Assembly: GCA_964527595.1 (NCBI GenBank)
Contig: CAZGPI010000002.1
Location: forward strand, 27,225 to 91,224
Reading direction: 5' to 3'
DNA from: an uncultured Pseudomonadota bacterium
GTDB taxonomy: Bacteria > Babelota > Babeliae > Babelales > RVW-14
DNA: 64,000 bases
Both the position numbers and the translations under genes were made by a program. The notes beneath the pieces were generated by a model, which saw nothing but the letters and a program-made list of their open reading frames with translations, did not search any database and was not told the origin of the DNA. Positions 1 through 9,495 of the stretch are shown here, piece by piece (the stretch's first letter is position 1; every line of letters begins with the position of its first letter).

Positions 1-659
1 CCATTAACTAGATCATCAACATAACAAAATGATCGAGTCTGGGTGCCATCGCCATACATGGTAAGTGGTTGATTCTTAAGTGCCTGCATAATAAAATTGC
101 TGACCACTCGACCATCTTCTGGATCCATATTTGGTCCATAAGTATTAAAAATACGAATCACTTTTATATCAGTATTATACATTCTGCGGTGGTCAAAAAA
201 GATAGATTCTGCGCAACGCTTACCTTCATCATAACAAGACCGTATGCCTATTGGATTAACGCATCCACGATAGGATTCAACTTGAGGGTGAACATCAGGG
301 TCGCCATAGACTTCACTTGTTGACGCTTGCAGGATGCGGGCATTGTTTTTGCGTGCGAGCTCAAGCATGTTGAGTGTGCCAAGTACACTTGTTTTTGTTG
401 TGTATAAGGGATCTTTTTGGTAGTGAGGTGGAGATGCAGGGCAGGCGAAATTTAAGATCCAGTTAATTTCTAAATCTATGGGCTGAGTAACGTCGTGTTG
501 TATAAAGGTAAAATTATGATTACTCAATAAGTTTTTTATGTTTTCTTTTGATCCTGTATAAAGATTATCGAGTGCAATTACTTGGTGCCCTTGTTCGAGA
601 TAGTGTTTACATAGGTGAGAACCAAGAAAACCAGCGCCACCTGTTATAAGAATTTTCAT
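1..659 (-). CDS. UDP-glucuronate decarboxylase / UDP-xylose synthase-type SDR (3-prime end lies outside window)
   Basis: Absent from the ORF track because it runs off the left edge. My minus-strand translation from ATG 659-657 reads [41 protein letters not shown]...[11 protein letters not shown]...[10 protein letters not shown]...RIFNTYGP. This shows a GxxGxxG Rossmann start and a YxxxK catalytic region typical of UXS/ArnA-decarboxylase-like enzymes. Confidence 0.85.
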   Translation of the reverse strand, partial: MKILITGGAGFLGSHLCKHYLEQGHQVIALDNLYTGSKENIKNLLSNHNFTFIQHDVTQPIDLEINWILNFACPASPPHYQKDPLYTTKTSVLGTLNMLELARKNNARILQASTSEVYGDPDVHPQVESYRGCVNPIGIRSCYDEGKRCAESIFFDHRRMYNTDIKVIRIFNTYGPNMDPEDGRVVSNFIMQALKNQPLTMYGDGTQTRSFCYVDDLVN

Positions 660-771
660 TCATATTCCTTTCCTTACTTTTTATACAAATAAACTAGCAT
701 TAATCAAAAAAATGGGCAAAATAATAAAAAGAGATTTTTTTAATAGCAAGACGATAAGGCGGAGAAAGAGT

Positions 772-1716
772 ATGGAGAGTAGGCTATTATCGGTAGTTAT
801 TCCGCTCTTTAATGAGGAAGAAAACATTGTCCCTCTTTGTGAGGAACTGATTCCGATTCTAAAAAAACTAAAAAATTTTACATCATATGAATTGGTAATG
901 GTCAATGACGGAAGTACCGACACTTCACTTAACCTTCTTAAGTCGCTTGCCGAAAAAGATAAGAATGTTAAGGTAATTTCATTCACCCGTAATTTTGGGC
1001 ATGAGTCTGCTACCTATGCTGGAATTATCAATGCTAAGGGTGATGCTGTTGTGCTTATGGATGCTGATCGCCAAGATCCACCTGAACTTATATTTGAATT
1101 CGAAAAAGAATTTTTGCAAGGATACGATATTGTTTTTGGTCAACGAACAAAGCGCTTGCGTGAAAGTTGGCTAAAAAAAGTGACATCAAAACTTTTTTAT
1201 CCACTATTTAAATTTCTTACCAAGGTTGATATGCCTCGCAATGTCGGGGATTTTTGTTTATTGAGCCGCCGCGCCGTTAATATGATTAAGCAACTTCCCG
1301 AACGTGCCATTTTCGTGCGCGGACTTATTTATTGGTTGGGTTTGCCTAAAAAAGCGGTACCATTTATTCGGCGTGAGCGTGGTGCCGGGACAACAAAATA
1401 CAATTATTTCAAGCTAACCGTTTTTGCGTTGGAAAATATTATCTCATTTTCAACGACTCCTATTTATTGGCTCATATTTTTTTCACTGGTGGTTATTGGG
1501 CTTTGTTTAGTTGGAATGACGATGGCTCTTTTGATGCATATTTTCGGATTAGTGGTTATGACAGGATGGACGTCATTGATTATCTGCATGTTGTTTTTAT
1601 TTGCGACAACATTGTTTTTCGTTGGCTTAATTGGTTTGTATGTTGGAAAAATTTTTCAAGAAGTAAAGCAGCGCCCTATCTTTTTGGTGGGTGAAAAAAT
1701 TAACATTGATATTTAG
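772..1716 (+). CDS. GT2 polyprenyl-phosphate glycosyltransferase (ArnC/GtrB/Dpm1-like) with C-terminal TM helices
   Basis: LSVVIPLFNEEENI, VNDGSTD and MDADRQDP (DxD-type) motifs, plus two hydrophobic C-terminal helices. Start moved to ATG 772, which has GGAG 9 nt upstream; the ORF-track start is 712. The stop codon TAG 1714-1716 is part of a repeat copy. Confidence 0.8.
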   Translation: MESRLLSVVIPLFNEEENIVPLCEELIPILKKLKNFTSYELVMVNDGSTDTSLNLLKSLAEKDKNVKVISFTRNFGHESATYAGIINAKGDAVVLMDADRQDPPELIFEFEKEFLQGYDIVFGQRTKRLRESWLKKVTSKLFYPLFKFLTKVDMPRNVGDFCLLSRRAVNMIKQLPERAIFVRGLIYWLGLPKKAVPFIRRERGAGTTKYNYFKLTVFALENIISFSTTPIYWLIFFSLVVIGLCLVGMTMALLMHIFGLVVMTGWTSLIICMLFLFATTLFFVGLIGLYVGKIFQEVKQRPIFLVGEKINIDI

Positions 1717-1741
1717 GGAGGGGTGGGAGGGAACGGCCCAC
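1714..1741 (+). repeat. GC-rich stem-loop repeat, short form, copy 1
   Basis: TAGGGAGG-G-GTGGG-AGGGAACGG-CCCAC. Its TAG is the stop codon of the GT2 gene. The next ATG (1752) is 10 nt after the stem. Confidence 0.9.
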
Positions 1742-1751
1742 TTAAATAATT

Positions 1752-3524
1752 ATGCCGCTGAAATCTATGAATTACTTACAAAAGCTTTGGTTGATTCTTA
1801 CCAAAAGAGATAAAAGAAACCTAACACTTCTTTTATTGTCGTCAATTATTGTTTCGGTTGTCGAAACAGTTGCACTTAGTGCGGTTATGGTCTTCGTCTC
1901 GATGGCGACCAATTTTGAAGCTATACATAAAAGTAAGGTTGGCAGCTATCTCTACAAGATGAGTGGATGCGCCACGTCGCTTAATTTTATTATGATCTTG
2001 GGTTTTGGGCTTGCCGGTTTTTATCTGGTTCGCGGTATTATCAGTGTTGGTCATGCTTATCTTATGATTAAATTTGCCCAGGGGCGCTATCAAGAATGGT
2101 CACAAAAAATTTTCAAAGATTTTTTATTATTTCCATATCAGCAATTTGCGGTCAAGACATCATCAAAGATTCATCAAATTTTGTTTATAGCGACAGGGCA
2201 ATCATGTCAGGTAATTAATGGGCTTCTTGCCATTTCGTCCGAAGCTTTTACTATTAGTTGCATATATATGATGCTTTTGGTGGTTAATTGGAAAATGACA
2301 TGCGTATTGACTTTATTGTTGGCAACCAAGAGCTTTTTGCTTATCAAGCTGTTTTCGCAAAAATTAGCTCACGCTGGTGTTTTGAGTCGAAAATATTCAA
2401 CTGAGGCATCAAAAACATTTAGTGATGCTTATGGTAATTACAAGCTGCTTAAATTACTTCCGACTAATAGCCCAATGGTTAACCGCTTTATGCATGCGTC
2501 AAAAGGTGTTGCTCAGGCTAATATTTTGAATGTAACATTGCAAAATGCACCGCGATTTATTCTTGAAACAATTGGTTTTTTTATACTAATAGGTGTAATT
2601 CTTTATGTGCTTTTTATGTACCATAGTGCAACGGCTGTTCTTCCCATCGTTTCATTATATGCTTTGGCATTTTACCGGCTTTTGCCGTCGTTAAACAAAA
2701 TTTTGGCGGGATATAATCAGATAACATTTTCTAAATATGCAGTTCATGATGTCTATGATTTTCTTCTTTTACAGCGTGAATCGTTAGGTACTGAGCTTCT
2801 TTGCTTTGACAAAACAATAACGCTTGAACATGTTAAATTTGGTTATTTTGATGATAAGCCGGTTGTTCAAGATGTGAATATTGTTATTCGTAAGGGCGAG
2901 CGCATCGCCTTCGTTGGTGAAAGTGGGGCAGGTAAAAGTACGATAGCCGATATTCTTATGGGGCTTTATGTTCCGCAACAAGGTCGTATGCTTATTGATG
3001 GGGTTACGTTAACCAGTGCTAATCTTAAGGCTTGGCGCAATAAAATTGGCTATGTTCCGCAGAACATTTATTTATTTGATGGGACGGTTGCTGAAAATGT
3101 TGTATTTGGTCGAGCATATGATGAAGTAAAGCTTATAAGTGCTTTGAGGCGCGCGCGTATTTATGATGATTTGTTAGCCAAGGATGGGCTTGAAACACGT
3201 GTTGGCGATATGGCTGTTATGATAAGCGGTGGGCAAAAGCAGCGAATCGCATTGGCACGAGCTCTTTATGATGACCCGGAAGTTTTGGTTTTTGATGAGG
3301 CGACATCAGCGCTTGATAATGCAACCGAATCTAAAATAATGGATGAAATTTATAGTGTTGATAAAAACAAAACGTTAATTATTGTGGCACATCGCTTAAC
3401 TACCGTTGAGCGTTGTGATACTATTTATAAAATAGAAAAAGGACGTGTTACATTAGCTGATGATATTCATAATATTGTTCCTGCGAACTCTCCTGGAGAG
3501 GTGCAGCAAGAAGCAGTCTGCTAA
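1752..3524 (+). CDS. Fused TMD-NBD ABC exporter (MsbA/PglK-like lipid or lipid-linked glycan flippase candidate)
   Basis: N-terminal half has about 6 hydrophobic segments. C-terminal half has Walker A GESGAGKST, signature ISGGQKQRIALARAL and Walker B VLVFDEATSALD. Confidence 0.85.
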   Translation: MPLKSMNYLQKLWLILTKRDKRNLTLLLLSSIIVSVVETVALSAVMVFVSMATNFEAIHKSKVGSYLYKMSGCATSLNFIMILGFGLAGFYLVRGIISVGHAYLMIKFAQGRYQEWSQKIFKDFLLFPYQQFAVKTSSKIHQILFIATGQSCQVINGLLAISSEAFTISCIYMMLLVVNWKMTCVLTLLLATKSFLLIKLFSQKLAHAGVLSRKYSTEASKTFSDAYGNYKLLKLLPTNSPMVNRFMHASKGVAQANILNVTLQNAPRFILETIGFFILIGVILYVLFMYHSATAVLPIVSLYALAFYRLLPSLNKILAGYNQITFSKYAVHDVYDFLLLQRESLGTELLCFDKTITLEHVKFGYFDDKPVVQDVNIVIRKGERIAFVGESGAGKSTIADILMGLYVPQQGRMLIDGVTLTSANLKAWRNKIGYVPQNIYLFDGTVAENVVFGRAYDEVKLISALRRARIYDDLLAKDGLETRVGDMAVMISGGQKQRIALARALYDDPEVLVFDEATSALDNATESKIMDEIYSVDKNKTLIIVAHRLTTVERCDTIYKIEKGRVTLADDIHNIVPANSPGEVQQEAVC

Positions 3525-3541
3525 AGGATTAAGGAAGAGTA

Positions 3542-4726
3542 ATGAAAAAAGCTTTAATTACAGGAATCACCGGACAAGATGGTTCGTACCTTACCGAATT
3601 TCTTCTTTCAAAAGGGTATGAAGTTCACGGAATTATTCGTCGAGCTTCTTCTTTTAATACTCAGCGGATTGACCATATGTATGTTGATCAACATGAGCAA
3701 GAAGCTCGATTCTTTTTGCATTATGGTGATTTATCTGATGCCGGATGTCTTCAAGACATTGTGAGTGCGGTAATGCCTGACGAGGTTTATCACTTGGGTG
3801 CGCAATCACATGTTAAAGTCTCCTTTCAGATGCCCGAATTTACGGCGAATGTGACGGGACTTGGAACCTTGCGTTTATTAGAGACACTTCGTCGATGTGC
3901 TCCTAATGCAAATTTTTATCAGGCATCGTCATCAGAAATGTTTGGTGCTGCGGGTGCGCCCCAAAATGAAAAGACGCCTTTTTATCCACGTAGTCCATAT
4001 GCCGTTGCGAAAGTCTATGCTTATTGGATTGCAGTGAACTATCGAGAAGCTTACGGCTTATTTGCGTGTAATGGCATCTTGTTTAATCACGAGAGCCCTC
4101 GCCGCGGCGAAACATTTGTAACAAGAAAAATAACTCGAGCATTGGTCAATATCATTGCTGGCAAGCAAAGCGTTCTTTATTTAGGTAATCTTAATGCCAA
4201 GCGTGATTGGGGTTTTGCTCCTGAATATGTTGAAATGATGTGGTTGATGCTGCAGCAAAATACACCAAATGATTATGTGGTTGGCACAGGGCAGAGCCAT
4301 ACGATTAAGGAATTTGTTGAAGCTGCATTTGCTTACGCTGGCATTGAGCTTGCATGGGAAGGTGATGGCGTTGACGAACGAGGTATTGTAAGTGCAATAA
4401 ATTCTCCGGGGAGGGGCGGGAGGGAACGGCCCGCATCAATTAATAATATAAAAGTCGGCGACGCGTTAATAAAAATCGACCCCCGCTATTTCAGACCAAC
4501 AGAAGTTGATCACTTACAGGCCGACATCTCTAAAGCAAAAGAACTTCTATGCTGGCAACCACGCGTAACCTTTCATGAGCTGGTTAAAATAATGGTTGAC
4601 TACGACCTCAAATTTGCTGGTCTTGAGCCGGTTGGTGATGGTATTGCAATAGGCGAAAAGAAGGATTTTACCTATACATCACATTCGGTAACATGGACTT
4701 ATCATGAACATGAAAATTGTGTATAG
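3542..4726 (+). CDS. gmd: GDP-mannose 4,6-dehydratase
   Basis: [41 protein letters not shown] and [17 protein letters not shown] are all classic Gmd motifs. The gene carries an in-frame repeat-derived insertion ([12 protein letters not shown]) in a variable loop. Confidence 0.95.
   Translation: MKKALITGITGQDGSYLTEFLLSKGYEVHGIIRRASSFNTQRIDHMYVDQHEQEARFFLHYGDLSDAGCLQDIVSAVMPDEVYHLGAQSHVKVSFQMPEFTANVTGLGTLRLLETLRRCAPNANFYQASSSEMFGAAGAPQNEKTPFYPRSPYAVAKVYAYWIAVNYREAYGLFACNGILFNHESPRRGETFVTRKITRALVNIIAGKQSVLYLGNLNAKRDWGFAPEYVEMMWLMLQQNTPNDYVVGTGQSHTIKEFVEAAFAYAGIELAWEGDGVDERGIVSAINSPGRGGRERPASINNIKVGDALIKIDPRYFRPTEVDHLQADISKAKELLCWQPRVTFHELVKIMVDYDLKFAGLEPVGDGIAIGEKKDFTYTSHSVTWTYHEHENCV
4408..4435 (+). 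repeat. GC-rich stem-loop repeat, short form, copy 2 (in-frame inside gmd)
   Basis: GGGGAGG-G-GCGGG-AGGGAACGG-CCCGC-A, translated as GRGGRERPA. Confidence 0.9.
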
Positions 4727-4745
4727 AAAGGGATAATGCGCACAT

Positions 4746-4798
4746 TAGGGAGATGCAGGAGGTTGAGCCTGCCCCGGACTTTGATCCGGGGGCCTGCA
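4746..4798 (+). repeat. GC-rich stem-loop repeat, long variant, copy 3 (gmd-fcl spacer)
   Basis: TAGGGAGA-TGCAGG-AGG...inner hairpin CCCCGGA-CTTTGA-TCCGGGG...G-CCTGCA. The fcl ATG is 13 nt after the outer stem. Confidence 0.8.
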
Positions 4799-4811
4799 TA
4801 TATAAAGAATA

Positions 4812-5891
4812 ATGAATAAAGATGCAAAAATATATATAGCAGGTCATCAAGGTCTTGTTGGCTCCGCACTTATGCGAGCCTTACACATTCAAGGGTACCA
4901 TAACGTTGTAACGCGCTCGTTTGCCGATCTTGACCTACGCAACCAATTAGCCGTTGATGAATTTTTCAAGCTTGAGCGGCCTGAATATGTTTTTTTAGCG
5001 GCGGCAAAAGTTGGTGGTATTTTAGCTAATAATACCTATAAGGCCGAGTTTATTTACGATAATCTTATGATTGCTGCAAATGTTATTCATGCTTCGTACA
5101 AACATGGCGTCAAAAAATTACTCAACCTTGGGTCATCATGTATTTATCCAAAAAATGCACCACAACCACTCAAAGAAGAATATCTTTTAACCGGACCTCT
5201 CGAGCCAACAAATGAAGCTTATGCAATCGCAAAGATCGCAGCAATAAAATTGTGCCATTATTACAATGAGCAGTATGGAACTAATTTTATATCGGTTATG
5301 CCGACAAATCTTTATGGTCCAAATGACAATTTTAATTTAGAAACGGCGCATGTTTTGCCAGCGCTTATGCGGAAATTTCATCTAGCTAAAATGCTTCGCG
5401 ATGAAAATTGGGAAGCGATAAAACAAGATCTTAAATCTTACAAACTTGGGCACGGTCTAGATGAAGGCATAAAATTTGAGGATAAAAGATCGGTGATTGA
5501 TGTTTTGGCGAAAATTGGAATTACCAAGGCGAGTGTTACGTTATGGGGTTCGGGTAAGCCATATCGTGAGTTTTTGTATGTGGATGATTTGGCTGATGCA
5601 GTTCTTTTTTTGATGGAAAATAGTGATACCAATGTTGTTGGTGAGATTATAAACGTTGGTGTTGGTACTGATATTAGCATTAATACCTTAGCTCATCTCA
5701 TTAAGGAGGTTATTCATTTTGCTGGCGAAATTATATACAACAGTCAAAAACCAGATGGAACTATGCGCAAGCTTCTTGATGTAACCAAGATGGAAATACT
5801 TGGGTGGAGGGCGAAAATATCCTTAGAGCAAGGAATAAGAGACGTTTATGCTAGGTATTCAATAAAATCATCCTCAACTAGAAAAAAATAA
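4812..5891 (+). CDS. fcl: GDP-L-fucose synthase (GDP-4-keto-6-deoxymannose 3,5-epimerase/4-reductase)
   Basis: [39 protein letters not shown] and [11 protein letters not shown] motifs. Sits directly after gmd. It is the long form, with an extra segment of about 38 aa before VTLWGSG. Confidence 0.9.
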   Translation: MNKDAKIYIAGHQGLVGSALMRALHIQGYHNVVTRSFADLDLRNQLAVDEFFKLERPEYVFLAAAKVGGILANNTYKAEFIYDNLMIAANVIHASYKHGVKKLLNLGSSCIYPKNAPQPLKEEYLLTGPLEPTNEAYAIAKIAAIKLCHYYNEQYGTNFISVMPTNLYGPNDNFNLETAHVLPALMRKFHLAKMLRDENWEAIKQDLKSYKLGHGLDEGIKFEDKRSVIDVLAKIGITKASVTLWGSGKPYREFLYVDDLADAVLFLMENSDTNVVGEIINVGVGTDISINTLAHLIKEVIHFAGEIIYNSQKPDGTMRKLLDVTKMEILGWRAKISLEQGIRDVYARYSIKSSSTRKK

Positions 5892-5898
5892 GGTTGTG

Positions 5899-7668
5899 AT
5901 GAGCAGGCCAAGAAAAATAGCAATCATAATTAATCGATATTCCTTTTGGGTTTGCCTTGGAATTGTTTTTTTTAGTGCGATGTCTTTGTTTTTGTTACAT
6001 GAGGATGTTTATATAAAGGTCTTCGATGAATTAAATCCGGATTTAGTTTATAGGCGCATTTTAAGCGTAGATCACAATTATCTAAAGGGGCCGCTTGAGA
6101 TAATTCAGTCCTTTATGGGAGGAATTCCTCGGCATTGTTTTCCAAGCTCTCTAAATTTTTTGGTTTTGTTTTTTATTTTATTTACCCCTATTTACGCATT
6201 TTTAATAAATGTTTTAGTTGTACGTTTATTTGCATATGTTGGGATGTTTCTTTTGCTTAAAAATCATCTTTTCGAGCGAGAAAAAGCGTTAATAAATCCT
6301 TTTCTGATAGCTATGGTTTCTCTTTGTTTTGCGCTTTTGCCATTCCATTTTTGCTTTGGATTAAGTATTGCGGGCCAGCCGCTTTTACTCTATGCCTTTT
6401 TGAATATTTTAAAATATAAGGCATCTATTAAAGATTATCTTATAATCGTACTTTTCCCTTTTTATTCATCTTTTGTATTAGCGGGTATTTTTATATCGAT
6501 TGCGTTAGGGTTTGTTTTTTTATGGAATTGGGTCGAGGAAAAAAAGGCGAATATCAATTTCATGTTAATGCTTATTGCTTTTGGCATGATTTACCTTGGC
6601 GTAGAATATCAGTTAATTTATGCGCATTTTGTAGATAAAACATACATATCGCATCGGGTTGAGTGGAATATTCCTTTGTTTTGGGGAATTGATTTGCATG
6701 GATTTATCGACCGCCTTAAAACCTTTCTTGTCGATGGAGTTCCTTTTTCCCACCATGCTGTTACGCTTCATGCTAAAATTAGTGATTTCATTTTACCCAT
6801 AGCTCTTGTCGTTGGAATCAAGGAGCGTAATTATTTAAAAAGACTTTGTCTTTTTTTAGCGATTATTTTTTTAATAACGCTGTGGCTTTGTTTTTATCAC
6901 TGGTACCCCGTAACCATGATAAGGCAGAAATACTTTTTTTTGCGGGCGTTTCAGTGGGATCGATTTTATTTTTTATTGCCAACCCTATGGTACATTGTCT
7001 TCGCTTTGTCGCTTTGTATGATTTCAAAAATTAAGGACATTGGAAATAACCTTGTTGTTTTATTTCTTTTAATGCAGTTGTTTTATGTTGTAACAAGTAA
7101 CCCTGAACTAAAGCGCAATGTGCGATTTTTGGCAGCAAAATATTTGGGTACTTCTTGTAATGTTAAATACCTATCATTTAAGCAATATTTTTCAGAAAAT
7201 TTGTTTTCGCAGATTGCACTATATATAGATAAACCAAAAAGTTCCTTTAGAGTTATTGCTATAGGTCTTAATCCAAGCATTGCTCAATACAATGGATTTT
7301 ATACTTTGGATGGCTTTATGCCCGATTATCCACTTGCCTATAAGCATGAATTTAAAAAAATAATTGAACGTGAGTTGGACAAAAACGCTGGCAATCGTAA
7401 ATGCTTTGATAATTGGGGTTCGGCATGTAATATTTATGTTGCTGAGGCGGTGATTATCGATGAAAAAAATGAAGTAAAAAAAAATATAATTAAGCAACTT
7501 GATTTAAATATGAATCAATTACGTAAGATGGGTTGCGAGTATATTTTTTCTGAATATGAGATTGAAAATCCCCAGAAAGACTCTTTAAGTTTGCTTAAGG
7601 TATTCAAAAATGAAAATTCCCCTTGGGAGATTTTTTTATATCAGATTAAAAAAAAAGAAAAAGTGTAA
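5899..7668 (+). CDS. Polytopic membrane protein of unknown function inside the glycan operon (possibly DUF6044-like)
   Basis: At least 10 hydrophobic segments followed by a soluble C-terminal domain, with no catalytic motif I can name. ATG at 5899; the ORF track begins at GTG 5896. Confidence 0.5.
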   Translation: MSRPRKIAIIINRYSFWVCLGIVFFSAMSLFLLHEDVYIKVFDELNPDLVYRRILSVDHNYLKGPLEIIQSFMGGIPRHCFPSSLNFLVLFFILFTPIYAFLINVLVVRLFAYVGMFLLLKNHLFEREKALINPFLIAMVSLCFALLPFHFCFGLSIAGQPLLLYAFLNILKYKASIKDYLIIVLFPFYSSFVLAGIFISIALGFVFLWNWVEEKKANINFMLMLIAFGMIYLGVEYQLIYAHFVDKTYISHRVEWNIPLFWGIDLHGFIDRLKTFLVDGVPFSHHAVTLHAKISDFILPIALVVGIKERNYLKRLCLFLAIIFLITLWLCFYHWYPVTMIRQKYFFLRAFQWDRFYFLLPTLWYIVFALSLCMISKIKDIGNNLVVLFLLMQLFYVVTSNPELKRNVRFLAAKYLGTSCNVKYLSFKQYFSENLFSQIALYIDKPKSSFRVIAIGLNPSIAQYNGFYTLDGFMPDYPLAYKHEFKKIIERELDKNAGNRKCFDNWGSACNIYVAEAVIIDEKNEVKKNIIKQLDLNMNQLRKMGCEYIFSEYEIENPQKDSLSLLKVFKNENSPWEIFLYQIKKKEKV

Positions 7669-7689
7669 AGGATTAGCGTGGATAATCGG

Positions 7690-8823
7690 ATGATTCCCGT
7701 TTACCAGCCATGGTTGTGTGGTAATGAAAAAAAATATGTTATGGCTTGCTTGGATTCAAATTGGATTTCATCAAGGGGGTTTTTTGTTGAAGAATTTGAA
7801 AAGCAATTTGCTGCTTATACTGGTGTGAAGCACGCTTCGGCCGTTGCTAATGGTACAGTTGCATTGCATTTAGCGATGTTAGCCCTAGGAATTAAAGATG
7901 GTGATGAGGTTATTGTTCCAACCTTGACCTATATTGCCTCGGTTAATGCTATTGCTTATGCGAGAGCAACGCCAGTCTTTGTTGATTCACTTAAAGAGAC
8001 ATGGCAAATGGATCCAGCTGATATTGAAAAAAAAATTACCGCCAAAACTAAGGCTATAATGGTGGTTCATTTATATGGACATCCTTGTGATATGGATGCG
8101 ATTATGGCAATTGCAAAAAAGCATAACCTTTATGTTATCGAGGATTGTGCCGAGGCGACCGGAAGTTATTATAATGGAAAACATGTTGGGACGTTTGGTG
8201 ACATAGCAACATTTAGTTTTTACGGGAACAAAACGATTACTACCGGGGAGGGTGGGATGGTTGTTACCAATGATGAAAAAATACATAATCATGTTCTTCA
8301 TTACAAAGGTCAGGGATTAGCGAAGGGGCGAGAATATTGGCATGATGTTGTTGGATACAATTACAGAATGACTAATATTTGTGCAGCAATTGGACTTGCT
8401 CAACTGGAGCAAATTGAGTTTTTTTTATCCAAAAAAAAAGAGCTTGCCAAGAAATATAAAGAAAAATTAGATCATTTGCCATTGGCATTTCATGATCCGG
8501 TTGGCCCAATTGAGCATTCTTATTGGATGATATCAATTCTTACCGAGCGAGCTGATGATTGTGAGCCATTAAGAGAGTTTTTAAAAAAACGCGGCATAGA
8601 GTCGCGGCCATTTTTTAGACCAGCACATAAAATGCCTATGTATGAAGAATGTGGTGGCAATTTCCCTGTCGCGGAGAGGTTAAGTTCTTGCGGCATAAAT
8701 TTGCCAAGTTGGCCGGGATTGACCGTTACTGATCTGGATGTTATTTGTGCTGATATTCTGCAGTTTTATAGTAGATGTAATACAGTGGCCCAAAGGGGTT
8801 GTTGCACTGATGTAAAAACATGA
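7690..8823 (+). CDS. per: DegT/DnrJ/EryC1-family PLP sugar aminotransferase, GDP-perosamine synthase-like
   Basis: MIPVYQPWLCGNEKKYV...DSNWISS..., ANGTVALHLA, VIVPTLTYIASVNAI, FSFYGNKTITTGEGGMV (PLP lysine region) and YNYRMTNICAAIGLAQLEQ closely track the Per/RfbE proteins I recall. The gmd context agrees. Confidence 0.8.
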   Translation: MIPVYQPWLCGNEKKYVMACLDSNWISSRGFFVEEFEKQFAAYTGVKHASAVANGTVALHLAMLALGIKDGDEVIVPTLTYIASVNAIAYARATPVFVDSLKETWQMDPADIEKKITAKTKAIMVVHLYGHPCDMDAIMAIAKKHNLYVIEDCAEATGSYYNGKHVGTFGDIATFSFYGNKTITTGEGGMVVTNDEKIHNHVLHYKGQGLAKGREYWHDVVGYNYRMTNICAAIGLAQLEQIEFFLSKKKELAKKYKEKLDHLPLAFHDPVGPIEHSYWMISILTERADDCEPLREFLKKRGIESRPFFRPAHKMPMYEECGGNFPVAERLSSCGINLPSWPGLTVTDLDVICADILQFYSRCNTVAQRGCCTDVKT

Positions 8824-9473
8824 AAAAAATTCTGGTTATTGGGGCCGGTGGGCATGCACGAGTTATTATTGATGCTATTGAAATGGAAGGCAACCATACG
8901 GTTATTGGTCTTATAGATAATAATTTAGAGCCAGGGACTTTTTTTGCCGGATACTCCATTATTGGCGGAGACTGCTCTTTGGATAAAGTAACTGATGTTG
9001 ATGGCGTTATTGTAGCAATTGGTGATAATTGGCGACGTCAGCAACTCGTCAATTATGTAAAAAGCAAATTACCTTTATTACCATTCATTTCGGTGATTCA
9101 TCCAAATGCATTGGTTGCTCGCGATGTGTTGGTTGGCGATGGAACTGTAATCTTAGCCGGTGTTGTAATTAATTCAGGAACTCGTATTGGGGAGCATTGC
9201 ATTATTAATACAAGGGCTTCTGTTGATCACGATAATCATTTTGAAGATTTTGTAAGTATTGCGCCGGGCGTTACTTTGGGTGGTCGCGTAGTTATCAAAA
9301 AGGGGGCTGCAATTTGTCTTGGAGCCAACGTAGTTCATAACATTAAAATTGGGGAAGATTCCGTGGTTGGCGCTGGGGCTCTTGTCCTTGATGATATAGA
9401 ACCACGTGTTGTTGTGGTTGGTTTACCCGCTCGTAAATTACGAAACAGATTGCCTAATGAACAGTATCTTTGA
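8820..9473 (+). CDS. Left-handed beta-helix sugar N-acetyltransferase (NeuD/PglD/PerB-like)
   Basis: N-terminal Rossmann-like KILVIGAGGHARVIIDAIE, then hexapeptide repeats (IGEHCIINTRASV, IAPGVTLGGRVVI, IGEDSVVGAGALV). ATGA overlap with the per stop codon. Confidence 0.8.
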   Translation: MKKILVIGAGGHARVIIDAIEMEGNHTVIGLIDNNLEPGTFFAGYSIIGGDCSLDKVTDVDGVIVAIGDNWRRQQLVNYVKSKLPLLPFISVIHPNALVARDVLVGDGTVILAGVVINSGTRIGEHCIINTRASVDHDNHFEDFVSIAPGVTLGGRVVIKKGAAICLGANVVHNIKIGEDSVVGAGALVLDDIEPRVVVVGLPARKLRNRLPNEQYL

Positions 9474-9495
9474 TTTTTACTGGGGTATCTAAATT

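Noticed and set aside
69-323. 84-aa plus-strand ORF at the left edge.
   Set aside because: It is antisense to the clearly conserved UDP-glucuronate decarboxylase-type gene, which occupies 1..659 on the minus strand.
5340-5530. Extra segment of about 38 aa in Fcl ([17 protein letters not shown]...GITKAS), considered as a novel insertion.
   Set aside because: It contains no trace of the GC-rich repeat. I recall that long-form GDP-fucose synthases of about 356-360 aa with an insertion at this position exist in other bacteria, so it is probably a known subfamily feature.
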